Source: Octopus sinensis
Lineage: Eukaryota
Direction: 5' to 3'
DNA length: 64,000 bases
Assembly: GCF_006345805.1 (NCBI RefSeq)
Contig: NC_043008.1
Location: 31,310,001 to 31,374,000 of the forward strand
Part shown: positions 15,224 through 27,351 of the stretch, in pieces
Numbering within the stretch: the first letter of the stretch is position 1
Layout: the number at the start of each line of letters is the position of its first letter
Program-made: the position numbers and the translations under genes
The notes under the pieces: generated by a model
Databases searched by the model: none
Told to the model about the DNA's origin: nothing
The model's input: the letters and a program-made list of their open reading frames with translations, nothing else

Positions 15224-15460
15224 TATTTCTTTATTGCTCACAAGGGGCTAAACATAGAGGGGACAAATAAGAACAGACAAACGGATTAAGTCAATTACAT
15301 CGACCCCAGTGCGTAACTGGTACTTAATTTATCGACCCCCGAAAGGATGAAAGCAAAGTCGACCTTAGCAGAATTTGAACTCGGAATGCAGCGGTGGACG
15401 AAATACCACAAAGCATTTTGCCTGGCATGCTAGTGTTTCTGCCAGCTCACGGCCTTCAAA
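15224..15460 (-). mobile_element. SINE family 1
   Basis: Full head, body and tail; flanking atgtgtRcatatttct repeat. Confidence 0.85.
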
Positions 15461-16373
15461 ATATGTGTGCATATTTCTGTATCTTGCCTACGTCTGTTTT
15501 TGTATATGTACAGATACTATTGTTGTTGTTGAGCTTCAGCTCAACCCTGCCCAAGTAGACTGATGATCAATGGCATTCCATCCATGACCGTCTCATCCCC
15601 TTACATGCAGGGAATCCAAATCTATATCATCTAAGTATGCATATGCATGCAAAATCAGCACTTAGTGTGTGCATGTGAGTTGGTATATATAAAGCGAAAA
15701 ATTATGTAAGTGTAACAGGAGTAGAATGTCAGTATATACAGATTACTCCATCAAATTCAGTGCTTATTTATTCACATGGTTTTGAATTATTCATGCATTA
15801 TCTCATATCTTCGAAATTTTGATGGTGAGATTGTTTATTTTTAGAATGCCTTTGTAGGGTAGGTGTGAGAGTTTGGATCTGACCTGCTTGATCATAAAAC
15901 TGGTAGAATATTTGGGCCAGATACGGCCAGTTTAAATGCTAAAGGGTCAAGCTGTGTCTGTAAGTAGATGTGACCTGGGTTAACAGAACAAATGTTAACA
16001 AGTGCTGGGGATTTTAAATAGAACTGGAGGGAATTTTTGACTACAAATCGCAAGGATAATCTCAGTTAATCAAAGATCTTTATGTCACTATGTTACATAT
16101 GTAAAATTCTATCATATTTATTATGCAATCTGCTACACCAAATATTTTCCTCTAGCTCTGTTGTTGATGTTCATAATCAACATCCATTCTTATCCTCTGT
16201 TTTTATGTAAAATGGTCACATCTTAATCTTGCTAACTGAATTAATAAAATATTTCACTGAGGTGATCTTAATGAGACCAAAACAGGTCCATTAATTTCCA
16301 GTTAGCTTTAAAGGGAAAAGTTGTACAATATGAATATTATTATTAATGGCCTTCTATATTTGCTTCCATTCAG

Positions 16374-16515
16374 GTTACGACGGCGTCGAAGCAAATCCAA
16401 GAAATATGGAATTATAACCACCCCTGCATCAGATCTTGAGATGGCACCATTAGATCAGGGAGATGATGATGATGAAGATATGACAGTTTTCGAGTTGAAT
16501 GGAAAACCTAAATAA
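16374..16515 (+). CDS. FAM174: Last coding exon of a FAM174A/B-like (DUF1180/TMEM157 family) single-pass membrane protein; cytoplasmic tail
   Basis: Pyrimidine-rich acceptor ttgcttccattcag ends at 16373. Translation (R)LRRRRSKSKKYGIITTPASDLEMAPLDQGDDDDEDMTVFELNGKPK* matches the FAM174 tail pattern as I recall it (basic stretch, KY.IITTPA..EMAPL, acidic run, TVF). TAA at 16513-16515; donor CAA|GTATGT at 16521/16522. No upstream signal/TM exon was found in the window. Confidence 0.85.
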
Positions 16516-17859
16516 AGTCAAGTATGTTTGTTTTACCTCACTTTAAAATATTATTTTCTGTCTTCCAAGGAACTGATATGGTTCTGTGGTTAAGGAATTT
16601 TTTCTCCAACCATATGGTCTGGGATTCAGTCTCATTGCTTAGCATTTTGGGCAAGTGTCTTTTATCGCAGCCCTAGACCAATTGAAGCCTTGTGAGTGAA
16701 TTTGGTAGATGGAAACTGGAAAAGCTCATCATGTATGTGTGCATGTTCATGCACACATACATATACACATGACATAAAGCACCCAGCACACTCTGTAAAG
16801 TGGCTGGCAATAGGAAGGGATCCAGTTGTGTAAACTTTGTCAAAGAACACTTTGGAGACCAATGCAGCCCTTGGGCTTGTCAGATCCTGTCTAACTGTCC
16901 AACTTCTGCCAGTGGTGTGAGCATTTGTGGTGGTGGCATTGTGTGTGTGTATGTGTGTAAAAGAGAGAGCGAAGATTGAGTTAGTGTTTCTCAAATCTAC
17001 ACATGTTTGCTGGTTGTAAGCAAAGCCTTTGCTAATGGTATCATTAGCTTGCAGTCCACTACAAAGACATTCTGGCCTTCTTGATGGCATATCTTGACTT
17101 GTTGCATGATCTTTGTAAATGAACTGGTTATTTCATTGTGTTTTGTTGCCTTTTCTCTTTGTAAACATGTACAGACTGTTTGTTGTTCAATAGACTGGAA
17201 ACACATGGAGGTTGGCTGCAGGAAAGGCATCCAACCTGGAAAAATTCTGCTCCAACACACTTTGTAGATAATAAAATGACGATAAAGATGATGACAGTAA
17301 TCCAATTGAAGCGCTATAATGGATTACTAACCATTTCAATCCTACTACAACTGTATAAAACAAGGAAGCTTCCACATGATTATTCAACTGACTGGAGATA
17401 ACAGCTAAATTATACACTACTATCTTGGGTCTATAATGCAGCAACTACAAGTATTTTGTTGTGTCCCCTATCAAAATAGTGTAAGGTTTAATCTGTTGTC
17501 TGATTTAATACTACCACCCAATTGTAGGATGCCTTTAGCAAGTTAACCAGTATGAAGATAACTTCCTTCTGATCACCATTCCAGAATCAGAGATAATGAC
17601 CTTCCAATTCTAATTATGCAATTAATTTTATAAAAGGGGTTGGTGGTGTGTGAGCAGGGGTGGTAAATTTGCTTACTCATTATCTCAGTTTGCCTGGCTG
17701 AACAATAATTTCCTCTCTATCATGTGTGACCTGACTAGCTTCCAGGTCCAGTATGTTGGTATAATTCACATATTCAACTAGAAATTCAGCCAACAACCTT
17801 CCTAATAGCAGTTGTTCAATTGCAAATATGTAATGCAGTGAACCTCATGAAAATCAATG

Positions 17860-18230
17860 CGGCCAAATCCAAGATCATATCCACTTGCATCTTGCACACT
17901 TATTTCATCCGTTATATTCAGTGGCATGGTTCTGGAATTGGTTGATCACAGCAAGTACTTTGGCACTACCTTCACTGACATGGGCCTGGGCAAAGATGAA
18001 ATGTTCACATCAAATAAGCATACACTGCATTCCGTTATTTTCTAAACTGCCTTTGCTCTAGCTACAAGAATTTGCAGAATTTGCATCTACCAAGTATTTG
18101 GTCTCACCATTTGCTATATGGCTTTGAAATTTAGCCAATGAGCAACACAGCACTAGGACCCTCACGGTCCTTCAAATGCTTGATCGCACCATCATTGAAG
18201 ATCTCTCCTGGTGAATACATATCCTCAACA
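17860..18230 (+). mobile_element. Highly decayed LINE RT C-terminal fragment
   Basis: VLELVDHSKYFGTTF (FKYLG-like motif) and ICIYQV...LYGFEI (LLYGSETW-like motif). Confidence 0.5.
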
Positions 18231-18395
18231 TAGACCGCTTCACAAAGTTTGGCTTCACAAAGTTTGGCAAAGTTTGTCATGACTCATGCACTGTTCTTTT
18301 CCTGACGCTTGTACATTACCCTATGTACTATACATACACTTTAGATGAGTTGTAGTGCACCTGAGCACTGTACACAATGTTTTATTATTATTATT

Positions 18396-18655
18396 CATCA
18401 TCATCATCGTTTAACGTCCGCTTTCCATGCTAGCATGGGTTGGACAGTTCAACTGGGGTCTGGGGAGCCCGAAGGCTGCACCAGGCCAGTCAGATCTGGC
18501 AGTGTTTCTACAGCTGGATGCCCTTCCTAACGCCAACCACTCCGAGAGTTTAGTGGGTGATTTTATGTGCCACCGACACAGGTGCCAGACGAGGCTGGCG
18601 AACGGCCACGATCGGATGGTGTTTGTTACGTGCCCACAGCACGGAGGCCAGTCGA
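18396..18655 (-). mobile_element. Short copy of the RTE 3'UTR (severely truncated LINE or partner SINE)
   Basis: Matches ~23510-23765. Similar copies at ~2730-3100, 4790-5010, 12240-12665, 14305-14885, 16770-16915, 25549-25685, 26556-26815, 42125-42275, 56266-56460, 56850-56970. Confidence 0.85.
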
Positions 18656-19219
18656 TGCAATTAAAATAATTTAACCTCCTCCCTCTAAAGACCACTAACT
18701 CTGTACAAAATTGAGGTGACAGCCTCATTGGAATACAGCTCCTACAGGCATGCAAGACTATCTCCAGAGAATGATTGTTTGACTTGAAGTTGCTCACCAA
18801 CATTCTCCAGCCACTGGTTCACAGGAATATTGTCTCCTTTCTCTCTGCATTTTATATCACTATTACTGGCACAGGCATTGCTATGTATGTGCTAAGTGCT
18901 TTGCTTTACAACCAGTTGGTATCAGCTCCAGTCCCATTGCTTTGGACAACATTGTAAATGGATTTAGTTGATGGAAACTGAAAGAAGACCATCATATATG
19001 TGTGTGTGTATGTTTGTGGATGTTATATGTATATTTATGTGTGTATGTGTTACTGTCTCCTTGGCCTGACATTACCTGATGTTTGTAAATGTGTGTTGCC
19101 ATCATGAAAGTAGTGGCCTTTATTTCCAGTCTTCCATGAAAACATATCTGGTCATGGGGTAAATATTACCTAGTTTGGAAACAGGCAAGGGCTAGCGACA
19201 GGAAGAGCATCTGGCCATA

Positions 19220-19390
19220 GGCGCAGGAGTGGCTGTGTGGTAAGTAGCTTGCTAACCAACCACATGGTTCCGGGTTCAGTCCCACTGCGGGGCATCTTGG
19301 GCAAGTGTCTTCTGCTATAGCCCCGGGCCAACCAATGCCTTGTGAGTGGATTTGGTAGACAGAAACTGAAAGAAGCCTGTCGTATATATG

Positions 19391-19421
<31 letters not shown>

Positions 19422-19623
19422 TTGTGTGTCTGTGTTTGTCCCCTAGCATTGCTTGACAACCGATGCTGTTGTGTTTACGTCCCCGTCACTTAGCGGTTCA
19501 GCAAAAAGAGACCAATAGAATAAGTACTGGGTTTACAAAGAATAAGTCAATTTGCTCGACTAAAGGTGGTGCTCCAGCATGGCCGCAGTCAAATGACTGA
19601 AACAAGTAAAAGAAAGAAAAGAA
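19220..19623 (+). mobile_element. tRNA-derived CORE-like SINE family 2, full length with internal (TA)/(TG) microsatellite
   Basis: gcgcaggagtggctgtgtggt..gggttcagtccc..cttgggcaagtgtctt..cagcatggccgcagtcaaatgactgaaacaagtaaaag; inserted into an older RTE-tailed repeat. Confidence 0.9.
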
Positions 19624-20712
19624 ATAGGAAATCTACTTTAACAAATTTTGTCCAATCCATGCAAACACAGAATAGTAGATATTAAAATAATGATGATGAT
19701 GATGACTGCAGTCACCTTGTCTCTCCTCTTTTCATTATCCGTATTGTATCCATACTCTAGGTTTCATGCCATCCATTATAAACATTCCTTTTGCCTCAAA
19801 ATGGTAGCACTCTGAAATTCCATTCCCTATAATATGGTTTTCTTGCAGCCGTCACTGTGCCCAAAAGAAATGTTAATGGCATCGTTCTTACTAGTCTCTG
19901 AGGGCTTAAGAAAGCCATGAGCATAGGTCCCTTCTGCTTGAACATTCCAATTAAATAGTAAAAAAGAAAAAAAAGGAAAATCACTGGAAGTGAAATTTGA
20001 GAGAACATCTAATAGTTTCTAGTATTAGCAAAACTTTAACCTATTGTTTGGCTACGTGTGTGTGTGTGTGAGAGAAAGAGAGAGTTGCAAGTGGGTATCA
20101 GCGTAGTGTACATGTTTATGTATATAGTGTGTGTATGTGTGTGTCTGCATACCAGAAATTATTTCTAGTTATTTTCACTTTGTAAATTTTTCAGATGACG
20201 AAATAATTTGTTTTAAAAATTACTAATTAAAATACAGGAATCATGCTATATGTACTATTGTAGTAGCTACTTCTGTACGTACTCACACACACACGCATCT
20301 GCTATTTCTCTTTTCACTTTACACGCATGCTCACATACTCTCTCTCTCTTTCACTCAGTCTGTGTATGTGTGTTGTTTTTTTTTATTTTACTTGTTTCAG
20401 TCATTACACTATGGCCATGCTGGGGTACAGCATTGACGATTTGGTAGACGGAAACGGAAAGAAGCCCGTCATATATATGTATATGTTTGTGTGTCTGTGT
20501 TTGTCCCCCCAACATCGCTTGACAACCAATGCTGGTGTTTTTATGTCCCCGTAACTTAGCGATTCAGCAAAACAGACCAATAGAATAAGTACTAGGCTTA
20601 CAAAGAATAAGTCCTGTGGTCGATTTGCTCGACTAAAGGCAGTGCTCCAGCATGGCCACAGTCAAAATGACTGAAACAAGTAAAAGAGTAAAGAGTATTA
20701 TTATTATTCTTA

Positions 20713-21119
20713 TTAGCATGCCAGGTAAAATGCTTATCATCATGTACTGTCTGAGTTCAAATTGCACCGAGGTCAACTTTGCCTTTCATCCTTTCAGAGT
20801 CAATAAATTAAGTACCAGTTGCATACTGGGATTGATGTAATCGACTTAACGCCTCCCCCAAAATTTCAGGCCTTATTCCCATTGTAGAAAGTATTATTAT
20901 TATTGAAGGTGGCAAACTGGCAGAATCATTAGCGTGCCAGGCAAAATGCTTAGTGGTGTTTTGCCTATCTTCATGTTCTGAGTTCAAATTCCACCGAAGT
21001 TGTTTTTGCCTTTCATCCTTTCAGGGTCAGTAAATTAAGCACCAGTGAAACACTGGGGTCACTGTAATCAACAGGTCCCCTCCCCCAAAATTTCAAGCCT
21101 TGTGCCTTTAGTAGAAAGG

Positions 21120-21150
<31 letters not shown>
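20713..21150 (+). mobile_element. Two tandem SINE family 1 copies with (ATT)n tails
   Basis: gagttcaaatt..gcctttcatcctttc..aagtaccag..ctgggg motif present twice. Confidence 0.8.
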
Positions 21151-21152
<2 letters not shown>

Positions 21153-21257
21153 AATACCACCACCTTTGGAGGGTTTTTCTTTTTTTTTTTGGTGGGACAC
21201 CAGTTTCTTTATATATGAACCTAATATGATAAATATTTGCCCATTAAAATATGTACA

Positions 21258-21642
21258 GCTGTGGCTGTGTGGTTGAGAAGCTTACTTTCCAACCATGTTT
21301 CAGTTTCAGTCTTACTGTATGGCACTTTAAGCAAGTATCTTCTGCTATAGCCTAAGGTTAACCAAGACCTTGTGGGAAGCCTATCTTACATGTGTGTGTG
21401 TGTGTGTCCTTGTCTTGACATCGTGGTTGTAACATTGTCATACAAATGATGCTGTTTGTTCCTAGTCATTCGTGAAAAACCTGTCTGGCCATGGGGAAAT
21501 TATCTCGTTTGGATTGGAAAGAGGTGATAATTAGCATTAGGAAGGACATCTGGCTATAGAAAATCTGCATCAACAAATTCCTTCTTACTCATGCAAGCAT
21601 GGAAAAGAGAATATTAAAGGATGATGACGAGGATGATGATGA
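21258..21642 (+). mobile_element. SINE with family-2 head and RTE-like 3' tail
   Basis: Family-2 head, then tctggccatggggaaat..aggaaggacatctggctatagaaaatc..catgcaagcatggaaaa..gatgat. Tail-only relatives at ~33890-34080 and 61440-61580. Confidence 0.7.
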
Positions 21643-23507
21643 ATTATGGGTCAAACTTAGTTGCTTTCATTTCACTGTACTCTGTAATAGAGACAGGCTT
21701 GGTGAAGTTGTTAGCTTAGACCTTACTTCAGCCAGTGTCTTTTACCAGTCTCAAGTCAATCAAAACTCTGTGAGTTAAACTGTGTAGACAGACTATGTGA
21801 AAGCTTTTCAGACAGACTGTACCTAATAATACTTCAAAAGGCCAGCCTTACTACACTGATACTGCCTCTGGATTACATTAATGTTACAAATGCCTGCAAA
21901 ACACTTAACCTCTTACATTTCAATGAACATGCAGATGATACAGTTGAATGAACAACTGAAATGTTCTTTGTCAATATTGTTGGAGGATTTTTTCTTTATA
22001 CTCTGTAGTGTCAACAATTTTGTCATTGTGCTGTAGTGTCATCTATGCTAGGTTACTACACCCATATATGAGCTGTTAAGTCATTGTGCTTTAATGGCTT
22101 TCTCAGATCATTGCCCTCTAGATTCTGTAGCAGTGGGCCAGTCATTATATTGATGTTAGTTTATTTTGTACCTTAATATCTGTAGTATTAGATGACATAT
22201 TTTAATGGCTACAGTGTTGGGTTTTCTGTGTTCTTTCACCACTATCTATAACCATATCCATAATGTGGTGGGCAAGGCTGGAATGCTTTTGATTATATCT
22301 GCTTGATCAGAACTGACATAGGGCTAAATATAATGATACATTATACACCAGCAATTTACTGTTGTAAAGTTTCTGTGTTGTATCAGTGTGTTGTTGTTGT
22401 TGTTTTCGACATTAAACACCCAGATCAGTTATAAATGAGAAAACCTTCAAAAAACAGGAAAAAAAGACGTTCCATAGCCTACCAGAGATTTTTGTTTGTC
22501 CCTTTTTTTAATTGTTATTATTAGGCATAGAATACCTAGGGCAGTATTAGCCAGTACCTGTCATTATTTTCAGTTTGTAGGTTTCAATTTGAGTGAGATC
22601 TGGCTGCTGTTTTTAGCAGCTTGAGCAGCTATTTAGGGCCTTGCAAGCCTATGTGTAATAATCAATAGAGAAGTTGGCAATCAGCAGAAGAAATATCCAT
22701 GACTTGAAGTGATGTATTTAATGATGTCTTTCAGCTGCAGAAAATGTCATTTGGAATTTGACTGTAACCAAAGTGACAAATATTTACTTCAGAACCATAA
22801 TGGGATTCAAGTGGGAGATGGGGTACAGAAGCGACTGTGAGAGGTAGGGAGGAGTAGTTGTCAGTAGTTGGTTAATAATTATTATATGATTATAGCAACT
22901 CTTAACATTTACCATGATTCTGCTATCATTGGTCCTTTCTTCCTTTTCTGTCCCTCTCAATCTCTTGATCTATCACTCATTCTCTCTCTCGTTCCTCTTC
23001 TTTCTCTTTTTCTTCAGTTAGTTTCATCATCTCTTCCTTTTGCTCCAGCCAATCTTATTCCCCTCCTCCTTCCCCATTATTAAAACTAATACTAGTCCAG
23101 TAACAAGAGCCATTATTGAAGCCTCCACCATCATCTATATAACAATAACATTGAGAGTTCTCTTCTTGATATCCAGTACTTGACTGGTATCCATGCCACT
23201 GCATGGATACCAGTCAAGTGTTTGTGGAGTGTGTAAACTGTTATGTAAATAGATGCTTTGCCTGCTAGAAATAACAGCCAGATCTTCCTCATGTTACACC
23301 TTACCATCTTGATAAAAGGATATCTATTTATCTTTTACTTGTTTCAATCGCTAGACTGAATCGATTGAATCAACCCCAATATTTTTTTGTTTTTTAAGGT
23401 CTGATACGTATTTTATCAGTCTCTTTTGCTGAACTGCTAAGTTACAGGAATGTAAATACAACATTAGTTGTTAAGCATTGATGTGAGATACACACACACA
23501 CACATAT

Positions 23508-25512
23508 ATCATCATCATCATCATTTAGCGTCCGTTTTCCATGCTAGCATGGGTTGGACGGTTCTACTGGGGTCTGTGAAGCCAGAAGGCTTCATCAGGC
23601 CCAGTCAAATCTGGCAGTGTTTCTACGGCTGGATGCCCTTCCTAACGCCAACCACTCCGTGAGTGTAGTGGGTGCTTTTTACGTGCCACCCGCACTGGTG
23701 CCAGACAGAGCTGGCAAACGGCCACGAACGGATGGTGCTTTTTATGTGCCACCAGCACGAGGGCCAGGCGAGGCTGGCAACGGACACGAAACGGGGCGGT
23801 GCTGGCAACGGTCGCGAAACGGAAAGTTCTCTTACATGCCACCGGCACTGGTAACACATCTGCAATTTCCATTGATCGATTTCGATTCTGATCCTCACTT
23901 GCCTCAATGGGTCTTCACAAGCAGAGTTTCGACATGCCACCGGCACTGGTAGCACATCCGCAATTTCCATTGATCGATTTCGATTCTGATCCTCACTTGC
24001 CTCAACACGTCTTCACAAGTAGAGTTTTGTGTCCCAAGAAGGGAAGGTATGCATACGTAGGCTGGCTCCATCCCATGTAGAAGGCCACGGGTTGTGGACT
24101 CACTTGTCCTGCCGGGTCTTCTCGCGCACAGCACACTTCCAGAGGTCTCGGTCTCTAGTCATTTCCTCAGTGAGACCTAAAGTTCGAAGGTCGTGCTTCA
24201 CCACCTCGTCCCAGGTTTTCCTGGGTCTGCCTCTTCCACAGGTTCCCTCAACCGCTAGGGTGTGGCACTTTTTCACACAACTATCTTCATCCATTCTCGC
24301 CACATGACCATACCAGCGCAAACGTCTCTCTTGCACACCACAACTGATGCTTCTTAGGTCCAGCTTTTCTCTCAAGGTACTTACACTCTGCCGAGTGTGA
24401 GTACCGGCATTACACATCCATCGGAGCATACTGGCTTCATTTCTAGCGAGCTTACGCATATCCTCAGCAGTCACGGCCCATGTTTCACTGCCATGTAGCA
24501 TGGCTGTTCGTACACACGCATCATACAGTCTGCCTTTCACTCTGTGCGAGAGGCCTTTTGTCACCAGCAGAGGTAAGAGCTCTCTGAACTTTGCCAAGCT
24601 ATTCTTACTCTAGCAGTTACACTTTCAGCACACCCGCCCCCGCTGCTGACTTGGTCACCTAGGTAACGGAAACTATCAACTATTTCTAGTTTTTCTCCCT
24701 GGAAAGTGACAGAAGTTGGTCTCAGAGCATTTTCAGTGTTTATTGTTCCTGAGCATCTGCCACATACAAAAACCATCTTCCTAGTTAGCCTTCCTTTGAC
24801 ATTGCTGCATCTCTTATGTGTCCATAGTTTACACTTGGTGCATCTTATAGAGTTTCTACCTACACCTTTTCTACAGATCGAGCAGGGCCATCTACCTGAA
24901 GGTGTTTGTGATTTGTCTACCTTCCTACTGATTACGACTTTGGTTTTAGCTAGATTGACTCTGAGGCCCTTCGATTCTAATCCTTGTTTCCACACCTGAA
25001 ACTTCTCCTCCAGTTCTGATAGCGACTCAGCAATTAGAGCAAGGTCATCAGCATAGAGGAGCTCCCAAGGGCATCCTGTCTTGAATTCCTCCGTTATTGC
25101 CTGGAGGACTATGATAAATAGGAGGGGGCTGAGTACTGAGCCTTGGTGGACCCCTACCTCTACCCGGAATTCTTCACTGTACTCATTTCCAACCCTCACC
25201 CTACTAGCGGCGTCCCTATACATGGCCCGCACAGCTCTCACTAACCATTCATCTATCCCTAGTTTTCTCATTGCCCACCAGATAAGGGATCGGGGGACCC
25301 TGTCGAAGGCTTTCTCCATGTCAACAAAAGCCAGGTACAGGGGCTTATCTTTGGCTAGGTATTTCTCCTGCAGCTGCCTTACCAGGAATATAGCATCAGT
25401 AGTACTTTTCCCTGGCACAAACCCAAACTGCATCTCATCTAAACTAACTCTCTCTCTAATTAGTTGGGCTATGACCCTCTCCGTAACCTTCATCACCTGG
25501 TCCAACAGCTTG

Positions 25513-25518
<6 letters not shown>
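23508..25518 (-). mobile_element. 5'-truncated RTE-clade LINE (RT C-terminal part, 3'UTR, (GAT)n tail), relatively young
   Basis: ORFs 24561-25505 and 24100-24597 give QFGFVPGKSTTDAIF, FVDMEKAFD, GVHQGSVLSP, LLYADD, FRYLG, MLHGSETW, RRLRWYGH, GRGRPRKTW. One 1-nt frameshift near 24595 (IAW/AKFRELL). The 3'UTR has repeated GGTGGCACGTAAAAAGCACC-like units and ends in (GAT)n. Confidence 0.95.
24100..25518 (-). pseudogene. RTE reverse transcriptase fragment with inserted C4HC3 PHD-like finger; single frameshift
   Basis: RT motifs as above; CSIC-x10-CTKC-x4-HKRC-x14-CGRC lies between NLAKTKV and FRYLG. Confidence 0.9.
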
Positions 25519-25551
<33 letters not shown>

Positions 25552-26151
25552 TCATCATCGTTTAACATCTGCTTTCCATGCTAGCATTGGTTGGACGATT
25601 TAACTGAGGACTGGCAAACTAGATGGCTGCACCAGGCTCCAATCTTGATCTGGCAGAGTTTCTACACCTGGATGCTCTTCCTAACATGAGTATGCCCTTC
25701 CTAATATATATATATAATGGACTTCTTTCAGTTTCCATGTATCAAATCCACTCACAAGGCTTTGGTCAGCCTGATACTATAGTAGAAGAAACTTGCCCAA
25801 GTTGCCATGTTGTGGGACTGAACCCTGAACCATGTGCTTGAGAAGCAAGCTTCTTACCACACAATCATGCCCACACCTTTAAATTAAATAATCTCATCCT
25901 GAATTCCTTGAACATAGAAAGATGGGATGGTCACATTTGGAATATCATTGACAATAGGTTTACTTGTTCAGGACTTCTTAGATCTAAACATTAACAACAA
26001 CAACAAGCTTATGCCTTCAAACCATCAAAAGAAACTAAAGTATTGCTACATGGTTGCTTGAGCTGCTAGGAATAGCAGTCAAATCTCCATTGAGCCACTC
26101 CCTACCATTTTCAATTGGGAAAATGGTACAATGGATAATATGGTTGATATA

Positions 26152-26282
26152 CAGGGTGATTCAAAAGTCACTATACATAGGAAAAAAATTGTTTTTCTAT
26201 AAGAAACAGTTAAATAAAAAAAAAAAACTGTTTCTTTTAAAAAAATATTGCTCTTGTGTATGGCAACTTTTGAATCACCCAT
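26152..26282. mobile_element. Tc1/mariner-type mini-MITE
   Basis: TA|cagggtgattcaaaagt ... acttttgaatcaccc. Confidence 0.75.
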
Positions 26283-27039
26283 TATATGTTGAGCCTAAAA
26301 GAAAAAAGTCAAGGTGGTCACTGTTGGAACATATTTGATCATAAGTCTGAACAATCAGGATTGAACTAGGACAGAATATGAACAATAACCATGTGACTAT
26401 GTTAGAAATGGTGACATATCTGACTAAATGTTTTTGTTAATCAATATTTTCATTTTATAGTTTGTCATTTGACCTACCAGGGGCCTTGTATATGTGTGGT
26501 ACTTATTGGTACCACAGATTTACAGGGGCCTCCATTTCAGTTGACTGTACCTGTTCATCATCATCATCGTTTAACGTCCGTTTTCCGCACTAGCACGGGT
26601 TGGATGGTTTGACCGGGGTCTGGGAAGCCAGGGGCTGCACCAGGCTCCAGTCTGATCTGGCAGTGTCTCTACAGCTGGATGCCCTTCCTAATGTCAACCA
26701 CTCCGCGAGTGTAGTGGGTGCTTTTTACGTGCCACCTGCACAGGTGCCAGGGAAGTCCGGCATCGGCCACGATCCGTTGGTGCTTTTAACGTGCCACCGG
26801 AACGGAAGCCAGCCAAAGTAAAAGCCTCGTGTCAGTGTGAAATTTTCCAGTCCCATGAGTCAATAATGGAACATTTACGGGATTGTTTAACCTATCAGTA
26901 ATAGCAACCAAATCCCCTCCAAGTTATACTTTCAGTTATAAAGTCTTAACAAAACAAGGGACTCACTTGATCAGGTATAGGAAACTTTTATCGAGAAGCA
27001 GGTCAAGTGAGACATGGCTTGTCATATATATGTATATAT

Positions 27040-27351
27040 AGCACCGTGATCACTGTGACCAACCAGGCTATCAGATGTTGCTACACATCGCTGGTCACAA
27101 TGCGCTTCGCATTGTTTGAGCCTTCAAATGATGCCACCCCACTGGCTAAGCGAGCATGCCAACAGAAGAACGAGTGAGAAAAAGTTGTGGTGAAAGAGTA
27201 TAGCAGGGATTGCCACCACCCCCTGCCAGAGCCTCGTGGAGCTTTAGGTGTTTCCGCTCAATAAACACTCACAACGCCCGGTCTGAGAATCGAAACCACG
27301 ATCCTACAACCATGAGTCTGCTGTCCTAACCACTGGGCCATTGCGCCTCCA
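27040..27351 (-). mobile_element. SINE family 3 head with a different 3' tail
   Basis: First ~190 nt match 7291-7480, then the sequence is unrelated. Confidence 0.8.

Noticed and set aside
16321-16373. N-terminal part of ORF 16321-16515 as coding
   Set aside because: It lies upstream of the splice acceptor; intronic, with a non-ATG start.
20165-20260. Alternative acceptor tttttcag at ~20194
   Set aside because: Plausible AG but followed quickly by repeats, with no supporting exon features; kept only as an alternative.
23660-23960. Repeat-spacer-like pattern suggesting CRISPR
   Set aside because: Eukaryotic LINE 3'UTR with irregular, mutually related spacers and no cas genes.
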